DNA of 64,000 nucleotides, taken from an uncultured Candidatus Binatia bacterium. GTDB taxonomy: Bacteria > Desulfobacterota > Binatia > UBA9968 > JAJDTQ01. The position numbers and the translations under genes are program-made. The notes below the pieces were generated by a model. That model had not been told where the DNA came from, ran no database searches, and saw nothing but the letters and a program-made list of their open reading frames with translations. Where the stretch lies: assembly GCA_965214905.1 (NCBI GenBank), contig OZ243984.1:2518003-2582002 (forward strand), in the 5' to 3' direction. Positions within the stretch are counted from its first letter, which is position 1, and every line of letters starts with the position of its first letter. Positions 45,289 through 53,459 of this stretch are shown in pieces.

Positions 45289-46803
45289 ATGAGAGATAAC
45301 GACGACTTCTCGAAGGGCAAGCGCAATTCGCATGCAAAGCATCTCAGGAATACGCCCTGCGAAACGTTTGACGGCCTGCAGGAGTTCGTGGAGGCGTGCA
45401 AGCAGGTGGACGACTGGCGGGAGATCGAGAACGCGGACTGGGACGAGGAGATCGGCGCGCTGCGGGAGGTGACGGGGGAGTTGATCCCGGATCCTCCCAT
45501 GCTGCTGTTCGACAACATCAAGGGATATCCGGCGGGCTTCCGCGTGGTGGGGCTGCTGACCGCCTCCTACAAGCGCGCCGCTCTGGCCCTCGGGCTGCCG
45601 GTCCATGAACCCAGAGCAAAGCTCAGCGAGCTGGCGTCGCAAAAGATGCGGGAGGTGGAGCCGATCCCTCCGGTGGAGGTGGCGGACGGGCCGGTGATGC
45701 AGAACGTCATGACCGGGGAGGACGTGGACCTGTTCCGCTTCCCGGCGCCCCGCTACCACGCCATGGACGGAGGCCGCTACATCGGCACCGGCGACTGCGT
45801 CATCAACCAGGATCCGGAGACCGGTTTCGTGAATGCGGGGACCTACCGCATGCAGGTTCACGACCGCGCTCTGCTGGGTCTCTGGATGAGTCCGGGACAG
45901 CACGGAAGACAGATCTGCCAGCGCCATTGGGAGCGGGGCCGGAGTTGCCCGGTGGTGGCGACCTTCGGCGGCGATCCGTTGATCTTCATCGCGTCGCACA
46001 ACCGGATCCCCTGGGGCCGGGGCGAGCTGGACTTCGCCGGGGGTCTGCGGCGACGACCGGTGGAGGTCATCAAAGGCCCGGTGACGGGCCTGCCCATACC
46101 GGCCCATGCGGAGGTGGCCGTGGAAGGCGAGGCGCCGCCGCCGGGGGTGGAGTCACGGGACGAAGGGCCGTTCGGCGAATGGCCGGGATACTACTCGGGC
46201 GGAACCATCGGCACCGGCGAGCCCCAACCGGTGATCCGGGTCAAGGCCGTCTACCACAGGCACAATCCCATCATCCACGGAGACGCGCCCATGTGGCCCG
46301 GCGCGCGTCGAGGCGGCCTGGAGATGGGCGCGGGCCGCGGCGGCGTCGCCGACCTGGCGCGGGCCGGCATCCAGGACGTGGTGGGGGTCGGCAGGCACTT
46401 GGGCTACATTCGCGTGGTGGCCATCCGCCAACGCTACCCGGGGCACGCGCAACAGGCGGCGCGGGCGGTGGCCGCGGCCACGCGCAACGGCCGCTGGATT
46501 GTCATCGTGGATGAAGACATCGACCCCACGAACTTCACCGAGGTGCTGTGGGCCATGACCACCCGGGCCGAGCCGTCCCAGGACATCGAGATCCTCGAAA
46601 ACTGCTGGAGCACGCCGCTGGACCCGCTCATGCCGCCGGAGAAACGGGACTCCGGCGACCATACCAACTCGCTGGCGGTCTTCTACGCGGTGCGCCCGTT
46701 TCACCGGCGGGACCAGTTCCCGAAAGTCAGCCGCAGCCCCCGTGAGCTGCGCGAGAGGATGATCGAGAAGTACCGGTCGATCCTCCCGTTTCCTGCATCC
46801 TGA
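45289..46803 (+). CDS. UbiD-family (prFMN-dependent) decarboxylase
   Basis: The 504-aa product has a UbiD signature around …GRYIGTGDCVINQDPETGFVNAGTYRMQ…. Confidence 0.8.
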   Translation: MRDNDDFSKGKRNSHAKHLRNTPCETFDGLQEFVEACKQVDDWREIENADWDEEIGALREVTGELIPDPPMLLFDNIKGYPAGFRVVGLLTASYKRAALALGLPVHEPRAKLSELASQKMREVEPIPPVEVADGPVMQNVMTGEDVDLFRFPAPRYHAMDGGRYIGTGDCVINQDPETGFVNAGTYRMQVHDRALLGLWMSPGQHGRQICQRHWERGRSCPVVATFGGDPLIFIASHNRIPWGRGELDFAGGLRRRPVEVIKGPVTGLPIPAHAEVAVEGEAPPPGVESRDEGPFGEWPGYYSGGTIGTGEPQPVIRVKAVYHRHNPIIHGDAPMWPGARRGGLEMGAGRGGVADLARAGIQDVVGVGRHLGYIRVVAIRQRYPGHAQQAARAVAAATRNGRWIVIVDEDIDPTNFTEVLWAMTTRAEPSQDIEILENCWSTPLDPLMPPEKRDSGDHTNSLAVFYAVRPFHRRDQFPKVSRSPRELRERMIEKYRSILPFPAS

Positions 46804-46825
46804 ACCGGCGGCGTCTCCGGAATCG

Positions 46826-48727
46826 CTATCCTTTCGGGTACCCCAAACGGCTCAGGTCCTCCCTGATCTCGTCGAGTATGGCCGGGTCGTCGATGGTGGC
46901 CGGGGGTTTGTACGGCGTGCCGTCCGCCATGCTTCGCACCGTGCCCCGGAGGATTTTGCCGGACCGCGTCTTGGGCAGCCGCTTCACCAGCAGGGCCTGC
47001 TTGAAGTCCGCCACCGGGCCGATCTGTTCGCGCACGAGGCTCACCAGCTCCGGCACCAGCGCTTTCTCCGTGGTCTCGACCCCCGCCTTGACCACGATCA
47101 GCCCCAGCGGCAGTTGCCCCTTGAGTGCGTCGGCCACCCCGAGCACGGCGCATTCCGCGACCGCCGGATGGGCGGCGAGCACCTCCTCCATGGCGCCGGT
47201 GGAGAGCCGGTGTCCGGCGACGTTGATGACGTCGTCGATGCGCCCCATGATCCACAGGTAGCCGTCTTCGTCGCAATAACCCCCGTCCGAGGTGACATAG
47301 TAGCCCGGATGCTGCTCAAGGTAAGCCTTGCGATAGCCCTCCTCGTTGTTCCACAGCGTCGGCAGGCACCCCGGCGGCAACGGCAGCTTCACCGTGATGC
47401 TGCCCATCTCGCCGCGGGGCAGTTCCCGCCCCCCGTCGTCCAGCACCCGGACGTCGTAACCCGGCACCGTCCGGGTGGGTGAGCCGGGCTTCACCGGGAG
47501 CGGCTCGATGCCCATGCAGTTGGCCGCGATGGGCCAGCCGGTCTCGGTCTGCCACCAGTGGTCGATGACCGGCGCCTGCAGGAGGTCCCGAGCCCACACC
47601 AGCGTGTCGGGATCGCAACGTTCGCCGGCGAGGAACAGGGTCCGGAAGCGGCTCAGGTCGTGCTTCTTCACGTATTCGCCTTCGGGGTCCTCCTTCTTGA
47701 TGGCGCGGAACGCGGTGGGCGCGGTGAACAGCACGCTGACGCCGTGCTGGCTGAGGACCCGCCAGAAAGCTCCGGGGTCCGGAGTCCCCACGGGCTTGCC
47801 TTCGTAGAGGACGGTGGTGCAGCCCTTCAGCAGCGGCCCGTAGACGATATAGGAATGGCCCACCACCCAGCCCACGTCGGAGGCCGCCCAGTACACCTCG
47901 CCGGCATCCACGTCGTAGATGTTCTTCATGCTCCACTTGAGCGCCACGGCATGGCCGCCGTTGTCGCGCACGATGCCCTTGGGCTGCCCCGTGGTGCCGG
48001 AGGTGTAGAGGATGTACAGCGGGTCGGTGGCGGCCACGGAGACGCACGGAACCGGGCCGGCCGCGGCCACCGCGTCGTTCCAGTCCACGTCCCGACCGTC
48101 CACCATGGACGCCCGCGCCTGGGGCCGTTGCAGCACCAGGCAGGCCGCAGGCTTGTACTGCGCCAGCCGGATGGCCTCGTCCAGCAGCGGCTTGTACTCG
48201 ATGACGCGGTTGACCTCGATGCCGCAGCTCGCGCTCACGATGACCTTGGGCCGGGCGTCGTCGATCCGCGTCGCGAGCTCGTTGGCGGCAAAGCCGCCGA
48301 ACACCACGGAGTGGACCGCGCCGAGACGGGCGCACGCCAGGATGGCCACCACGGCCTCGGGTACCATGGGCATGTAGACGATCACCCGGTCGCCCACCCC
48401 CACGCCGTGATTCCGAAGCGCGCCGGCGAAGGTCGCCACCGCGTCCCGCAACTCCAGGTACGTAAAGACCTTGACGCTGTCCGTCACCGGGCTGTCGTGG
48501 ATCAACGCCGGCCGGCCGCCGTTGCCCTGTTCCACGTGCACGTCCAGGGCGTTGTAGCAGGTGTTGAGGGCGCCGCCGGTGAACCACCGGTAAAACGGCG
48601 GCCGCGAGTCGTCCAGCACCCGGTCCCAGCGCTTGTCCCAGTGAATGTCCCTGGCGGCCTCGGCCCAGAAACCATCCGGGTCGTTCAGCGCCCTTTGGTA
48701 AACCTCGGTGTAACCCTTGTCGCTCAT
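46826..48727 (-). CDS. AMP-forming acyl-CoA synthetase (acetyl/propionyl-CoA synthetase-like)
   Basis: The product begins MSDKGYTEVYQRALNDPDGFWAE… and contains an AMP-binding motif, YTSGTTGQPKG. Confidence 0.85.
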   Translation of the reverse strand: MSDKGYTEVYQRALNDPDGFWAEAARDIHWDKRWDRVLDDSRPPFYRWFTGGALNTCYNALDVHVEQGNGGRPALIHDSPVTDSVKVFTYLELRDAVATFAGALRNHGVGVGDRVIVYMPMVPEAVVAILACARLGAVHSVVFGGFAANELATRIDDARPKVIVSASCGIEVNRVIEYKPLLDEAIRLAQYKPAACLVLQRPQARASMVDGRDVDWNDAVAAAGPVPCVSVAATDPLYILYTSGTTGQPKGIVRDNGGHAVALKWSMKNIYDVDAGEVYWAASDVGWVVGHSYIVYGPLLKGCTTVLYEGKPVGTPDPGAFWRVLSQHGVSVLFTAPTAFRAIKKEDPEGEYVKKHDLSRFRTLFLAGERCDPDTLVWARDLLQAPVIDHWWQTETGWPIAANCMGIEPLPVKPGSPTRTVPGYDVRVLDDGGRELPRGEMGSITVKLPLPPGCLPTLWNNEEGYRKAYLEQHPGYYVTSDGGYCDEDGYLWIMGRIDDVINVAGHRLSTGAMEEVLAAHPAVAECAVLGVADALKGQLPLGLIVVKAGVETTEKALVPELVSLVREQIGPVADFKQALLVKRLPKTRSGKILRGTVRSMADGTPYKPPATIDDPAILDEIREDLSRLGYPKG

Positions 48728-48777
48728 TGGCGTCTCCCCGAATGCGAGATCCTCGTTGATGGTAATCGCGATATGCT

Positions 48778-49173
48778 TCACTTTTTATCTGCTGCTCCGT
48801 CGTTGTCCGTTCTCAGGCGCTCATATGTCGTCCGGATCATCTCCTCAAGGGCAACCGCTCCTTCGGAATTCAGGCGGGGATCGCGATGGATGATGGAGGA
48901 GATTTGAGCAAGGGGGCTAGCTGCCCCGAACTGTTCACTAGTGTCCGCGCGCATGAAGTGGTCTGCGGACATCCCGAGCCACGCGGTCAGGGCGGCCAAG
49001 CTGTTGACGTCGGGCCGGCGGCCTTGAGACAGGCGCGTAAGCGTTGATGCACTGACGCCCGACTCCGCTGCTACATCCTTCCAGGTGAGGCGCCGAGAGC
49101 GGCGCTCGGAGTCCATCGCGGCATGCAGCGCGCCGACATCGAACCGATCTACTCGATTTTCCGGTGGTTTCAC
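48778..49173 (-). CDS. XRE-family helix-turn-helix transcriptional regulator
   Basis: The product reads …LTWKDVAAESGVSASTLTRLSQGRRPDVNSLAALTAWLG…, a Cro/C1-type HTH. It is divergent from the Ubl operon. Confidence 0.75.
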   Translation of the reverse strand: MKPPENRVDRFDVGALHAAMDSERRSRRLTWKDVAAESGVSASTLTRLSQGRRPDVNSLAALTAWLGMSADHFMRADTSEQFGAASPLAQISSIIHRDPRLNSEGAVALEEMIRTTYERLRTDNDGAADKK

Positions 49174-49204
49174 ACTTGAAATCCTCCGTCACTATCGCTA
49201 CATT

Positions 49205-49232
49205 GCATAATAGCAATCAGCAGCCAGATTTG
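49205..49232. promoter_or_regulatory. near-palindromic operator-like site (ATTGC-N6-GCAAT) in divergent promoter region
   Basis: The sequence reads ctacattgcataatagcaatcagc, with a GGGG ribosome-binding site before the ATG at 49247. The region is AT-rich. Confidence 0.45.
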
Positions 49233-49246
49233 AAAGGGGTGACGAC

Positions 49247-49516
49247 ATGGCTACTACCGAGAACGCGAAGGACCGGATCCACGACGGGAAGATCGAGATT
49301 GCGGTCAACGAGAAGCCGGTGGTGCTTGACGGTCCGAAGCAGACGGGTGCAAGCATCAAGAAGGCGGCGACCGAGCAGGGCGTGAACATCAAGGAGGACT
49401 TCGTGCTGAGCATCGAGCTCGGCGGCGGGAAGACGCGTCTCGTCGGTGACGACGAGTTCATCGAGGTGAAGCCCGGTGAGCGATTCCTCGCGATCGAGAA
49501 CGACGACAACTCATGA
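49247..49516 (+). CDS. ubiquitin-like beta-grasp protein of the 'Multiubiquitin' type (single repeat)
   Basis: The 89-aa product reads KIEIAVNEKPVVLDGPKQTGASIKKAATEQGVNIKEDFVLSIELGGGKTRLVGDDEFIEVKPGERFLAIE. It is the first gene of an operon with E2-like and JAB-E1 genes. Confidence 0.6.
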   Translation: MATTENAKDRIHDGKIEIAVNEKPVVLDGPKQTGASIKKAATEQGVNIKEDFVLSIELGGGKTRLVGDDEFIEVKPGERFLAIENDDNS

Positions 49517-49905
49517 GCTCGATTGTTCCTGCGGTGACGGAGGCCATCGAGGAGATCCGCCGCACGTTCGACTCGTGTGTCGTGGAGGTGGTCCCCGATG
49601 GTTCCGGGGGGGCAGAGGTGGTGGTGAGGGGCATCCCGATGGGATGCCCCTATGTGCAGCCCGAGGTCTGGTTAGGCTTCCGGATGACCTTCCAGTATCC
49701 GTATGCCGATGTGTATCCGCACTTCACGAACCCGGAGTTGGTTCGCGCGGACGGCGCTACCCTCGGAGGCGGCTTCGGAACGGCGACATTTCAGGGTCAA
49801 CCGGCCATCCAGATCTCTCGTCGATCAAACAGGCTGAACCCCGAGACGGACACCGCGGTGTTGAAGTTGTTGAAGGTCCTCCGCTGGATGAAGGAGCCGA
49901 CATGA
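49513..49905 (+). CDS. E2/UBC-like protein (prokaryotic E2 family candidate)
   Basis: The 130-aa product has a central YPHF (HPN-like) flap motif and Cys in GCPY. Its stop overlaps the next start (ATGA) and its start overlaps the Ubl gene stop. Confidence 0.5.
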   Translation: MSSIVPAVTEAIEEIRRTFDSCVVEVVPDGSGGAEVVVRGIPMGCPYVQPEVWLGFRMTFQYPYADVYPHFTNPELVRADGATLGGGFGTATFQGQPAIQISRRSNRLNPETDTAVLKLLKVLRWMKEPT

Positions 49906-51323
49906 ATCCTTGGCGGCTGACGATTCCCGAGGGGCTGTACGCCGAGCTTCATGGCCACCTGTTTCCCGGAGATGGCGACGAACACGGAGCGGTGATCCTT
50001 GCGGGCACTTGCGAGTCCGATCGTGGCCTTCGGCTCATTGCGCGGGAACTCCATCTGGCGAAGGACGGTGTGGACTACGGACCCGGGAAGCGTGACTATC
50101 GCATGCTGAAGGCCGAGTTCATCCAGGGTAAGATCCTCCGTGCGAGAGACAAGCGATTGGCGTACCTCGCCATTCACAATCATGGCGGGACTGACTCGGT
50201 GGCGTTCTCGGGACCCGACATGGCGTCGCACGAACGGGGCTACCCCGCGCTACTCGACATCGCCCGGGGCATGCCGGTCGGCGCATTGGTCTTCGCCCGG
50301 TCCGCAGCGGCTGGCGACCTGTGGTTTCCCGGCTACAACCGTGCCGCACTGAGCCATGCGACGGTCATCGGGCCTCGACGACGGATGCTGTTCCCCAAGC
50401 CGGAGCGCAACGCGGCGGTGGTGGGCATGTATGACCGTCAGAGTCGCCTGTTCGGGGACGCGGGTCAGGAACTGTTGCGACGCACGCGGGTGGGCATTGT
50501 CGGCCTCGGCGGAGCTGGGTCCATACTGGCAGAGCTCCTGGCGCGGCTCGGTGTGGGAGAGTTCGTTCTCGCAGATCCCGATAGGGTGGAGGCGACGAAC
50601 CTGCCCCGCCTTGTCGGGGCTCGGCTACGCGATGCGGTTGTCCCTTCATGGGTGCCGAAGGCCATCGCCGACCGATTGCGACGGCCCAAGGTCAGGGTGG
50701 CGTTACGAAACGTCCGTCGTGCGAACCCCAATGTGCAGGTCGAGACGATGGCGCGTGACTTCCTCGAGGAGGAGGTGGCGGCTCGCTTCACGGACTGTGA
50801 CTTCCTCTTCCTTGCCGCGGATACGATGAGCGCGCGGCTTCTCTTCAACGCGATCGTGCACCAGTACGGGATCCCTGGAATCCAGGTCGGCGCAAAGATT
50901 CCGGTTGAAGGGGACGGGACGGTCGGGGACGTGTTCTGCGTCAGCCGCATGGTGACGCCGGAGCAAGGATGTCTATGGTGTAACGGGCTCATCAGCCCGG
51001 CTCGGTTGCAGGACGAGGCCGTGCCCGAGGCAGCCAAACGCGGATACGCGTACGTAGATGATCCGGGAGTGGCAGCTCCGAGCGTAGTTACCATGAATGC
51101 AGTCGCCTGCGCACATGCCGCTGACGACTTCCTGTTCCACCTGACGGGTCTCAAGTACGCGGACGCCGAGACCGCATGGTTTCGATGGAACTCCCGTCGC
51201 GGGGTGGCGGGTTACGACGTGCCGCGGTCCGACGCCGGTTGCATCGAGTGTTCGTTAACTGCGAGTAGCCGTTGGGGCATGGGTGACAATGGGAGCCTTC
51301 CGACGAAACCGCGCATGCGCTAG
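49902..51323 (+). CDS. JAB/JAMM metallopeptidase - E1 (ThiF/MoeB-like) fusion protein with C-terminal CxxC pairs
   Basis: The N-terminus carries a JAMM motif, E…HNHGGTDSVAFSGPD. The middle carries an E1 Rossmann motif, VGIVGLGGAGSILAELLARLGVGEFVLADPDRVE. The C-terminus carries CLWC…CIEC cysteine pairs. Confidence 0.75.
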   Translation: MNPWRLTIPEGLYAELHGHLFPGDGDEHGAVILAGTCESDRGLRLIARELHLAKDGVDYGPGKRDYRMLKAEFIQGKILRARDKRLAYLAIHNHGGTDSVAFSGPDMASHERGYPALLDIARGMPVGALVFARSAAAGDLWFPGYNRAALSHATVIGPRRRMLFPKPERNAAVVGMYDRQSRLFGDAGQELLRRTRVGIVGLGGAGSILAELLARLGVGEFVLADPDRVEATNLPRLVGARLRDAVVPSWVPKAIADRLRRPKVRVALRNVRRANPNVQVETMARDFLEEEVAARFTDCDFLFLAADTMSARLLFNAIVHQYGIPGIQVGAKIPVEGDGTVGDVFCVSRMVTPEQGCLWCNGLISPARLQDEAVPEAAKRGYAYVDDPGVAAPSVVTMNAVACAHAADDFLFHLTGLKYADAETAWFRWNSRRGVAGYDVPRSDAGCIECSLTASSRWGMGDNGSLPTKPRMR

Positions 51324-52906
51324 AGGCGCTTCTCCCTGCATTCGTACAACGCGTCGTTCTCGATCAGGTCCAGTTGCTCTGGATCCTCCTGCGCATCGAT
51401 ATCCTTGGTGAACAGCAGACCTGGAAGATGCAGCACTAGCAGGCCGTCGCCGTCTCTTCCGGTAGAAGTCGCATCGAGAACCGTATGGCCGAAGATTCTT
51501 CGCAAGCCTCGGGATGAGTGGTTGTAGGAGTCGATCGTCGCGATCTCGGTGATCCAGGTGAAGTGCGGAAGGTGAAGATCGAGCAAGGCGTCCTTGAGAT
51601 CATCACAGGCCGTTCCGCCAAGGATGTAGCGGCGGTACCCCGCGGCAGACGTCAAGTACGTTCGCAGCACGATCTGGTTGGCTCTGTGCGCTGCCTGCAG
51701 GTCGTCCAGCAACCGTGCATTGACGGAAAATCCCCATTTCTCGAGCAGCGGACGCATCGTTGGCATGCCGCGAAAGGCTTCGTCGATGCGGTCCCGAGCG
51801 GAGACTTCGGCGGTGGCGGCCGTCGAGAAGACCCTGGGCGACATGAGAGCGACTGCGAAGGTCGCGTGTTGGCAAACATTCAACTCGGTGAGACCAGCGG
51901 GCGTATCACGCCTGATCGTCTCCTCGGCGAAGGAGTATGTCGTGCTGGCCTTGTTGTCCATTGGCAGCCATCTGTATGGGCCACTCTGATCGTCGTGGAC
52001 GATGTAGGCGGGTACGTAGTCGATTGCCTGTTGCGTTGGATGCCGCTGTCTGGCCAACACGCGCCCGATGACGGTGACCGCGTGACCCAGCCCTCCACCG
52101 AACTGTAGTCCAAGGATTACCGGAATACCGGATTCGACATACGGCAGGATGTCGCGGTCGATCGCCGTGCCACGGAAACAAAGCGGTTGATAACCCGCTT
52201 CACTGATAGCACGAATCATCCGTTCGGAGGTCAGGAAGTCCGAACCTGCGGGAAGGGAGACGCCCTCGTGCGCGGTCGTCGGTCTGGCGAGTCGCGTGAG
52301 GTCCGCCACAGAAACCCAGTCGTAGTTGTACCGGGCGTGCATGTGTCGCATGCCGGCCCAGATCGCAACCTGGGCGCATGCGCCCACACGGGCGTCTTGT
52401 TGGAGGAAAGCCGTGCCGCCGACTTCAAGGTCGACGCCAAGCAGGTTCGCCTTGAAGTCGGCGCGGCAGGTAATCGTTGCCTCTCTGTCGAAGCCGCCGC
52501 TGACCCGCGCAGTGAGCACCGTTCTGCCGATCGGAGCGGTTGGCAAGGGACGAACGACGCAGAAGCCACAATAGGCTTTGCCTGCAGCGGCCTGAAATTC
52601 GCGCAGCCCTTCTGTTGTTAGCGGCCGCTTGAGCAGAGGGGACATGTCGATAGAGAAGAAATGGATGCGCTTGCAGTGGCGTTGGTGTGTCCGGAACGTT
52701 CGAGCATGGAATTCCACGTAGTCCGCCGAGTAGTCGCGATCGATATAGGGATCTTCGATTACGTACGACTTCGCCTGGAGTACCTTGAGATGACGAACTG
52801 TGTTGCATACGACTGGGAGGTTCCCACTCCCACCACTGAGCGTTTCAGTCAGGCGAGACCATGTGTCCTCACCGTCAAGCGGTTCGACGGTGTATTCGAT
52901 CTTCAT
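51320..52906 (-). CDS. hypothetical protein (528 aa), convergent with Ubl operon; possible Cys-His-Asp triad
   Basis: No confident family could be assigned. The motifs GACAQVAIW … GHAVTVIG … VHDDQSGPY are suggestive of a papain-like arrangement. G+C is lower than in the host genes. Confidence 0.4.
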   Translation of the reverse strand: MKIEYTVEPLDGEDTWSRLTETLSGGSGNLPVVCNTVRHLKVLQAKSYVIEDPYIDRDYSADYVEFHARTFRTHQRHCKRIHFFSIDMSPLLKRPLTTEGLREFQAAAGKAYCGFCVVRPLPTAPIGRTVLTARVSGGFDREATITCRADFKANLLGVDLEVGGTAFLQQDARVGACAQVAIWAGMRHMHARYNYDWVSVADLTRLARPTTAHEGVSLPAGSDFLTSERMIRAISEAGYQPLCFRGTAIDRDILPYVESGIPVILGLQFGGGLGHAVTVIGRVLARQRHPTQQAIDYVPAYIVHDDQSGPYRWLPMDNKASTTYSFAEETIRRDTPAGLTELNVCQHATFAVALMSPRVFSTAATAEVSARDRIDEAFRGMPTMRPLLEKWGFSVNARLLDDLQAAHRANQIVLRTYLTSAAGYRRYILGGTACDDLKDALLDLHLPHFTWITEIATIDSYNHSSRGLRRIFGHTVLDATSTGRDGDGLLVLHLPGLLFTKDIDAQEDPEQLDLIENDALYECREKRL

Positions 52907-52960
52907 TGCCTGTCCGACACCCGGAGGGCCTGTATCCTTCGGTGAAGGACCATCGACGGC

Positions 52961-53155
52961 TCATCGCCAAGCGAACTTCTGGTCATCCTGCGCCGCCTTG
53001 ATTGCCTCTTCTTCAATCCTGTCGATCTCCTTCATCGCCTTCTCGCTGATCGTGAGCGTGAAGTCCACCTCGCGGGCCGGGATCGTCTTTCTCCTGCCAT
53101 GGCGAGGGGGCGTTCGAGTCGTCTTCGCTTTGTCACGAGTCTCCCGTGATGGCAT
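52961..53155 (-). CDS. small RHH/CopG-like protein (64 aa) upstream of the 528-aa gene
   Basis: The product reads MPSRETRDKAKTTRTPPRHGRRKTIPAREVDFTLTISEKAMKEIDRIEEEAIKAAQDDQKFAWR. An AGGAGA ribosome-binding site precedes the ATG. Confidence 0.45.
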   Translation of the reverse strand: MPSRETRDKAKTTRTPPRHGRRKTIPAREVDFTLTISEKAMKEIDRIEEEAIKAAQDDQKFAWR

Positions 53156-53459
53156 GTGTTTCTCCTGGGTCGTGCGACATGGGCACGGAGGCAAGGGACA
53201 TTGTGGGGACAGTGCTCTGTCACGGCGCTGATGGACATTAACACAATCCGGTTGTGGCGGCGAACGAGTTGCGCCGCTCGCTGTCCCGCCTCGCCGACAA
53301 CAAGAACTCCCGCATGGTTCCACGGTTTGTTCAGGACATCACGCTGGTGTGGTGTCCTTCGGTATGGTAGGACTCCGTTCGGGTGCGTGACCGGACTCCG
53401 GTGACAGGACTCCGGACTCCGCGATACCCGTGTCGGAGATACCACACGACGAACCACCC

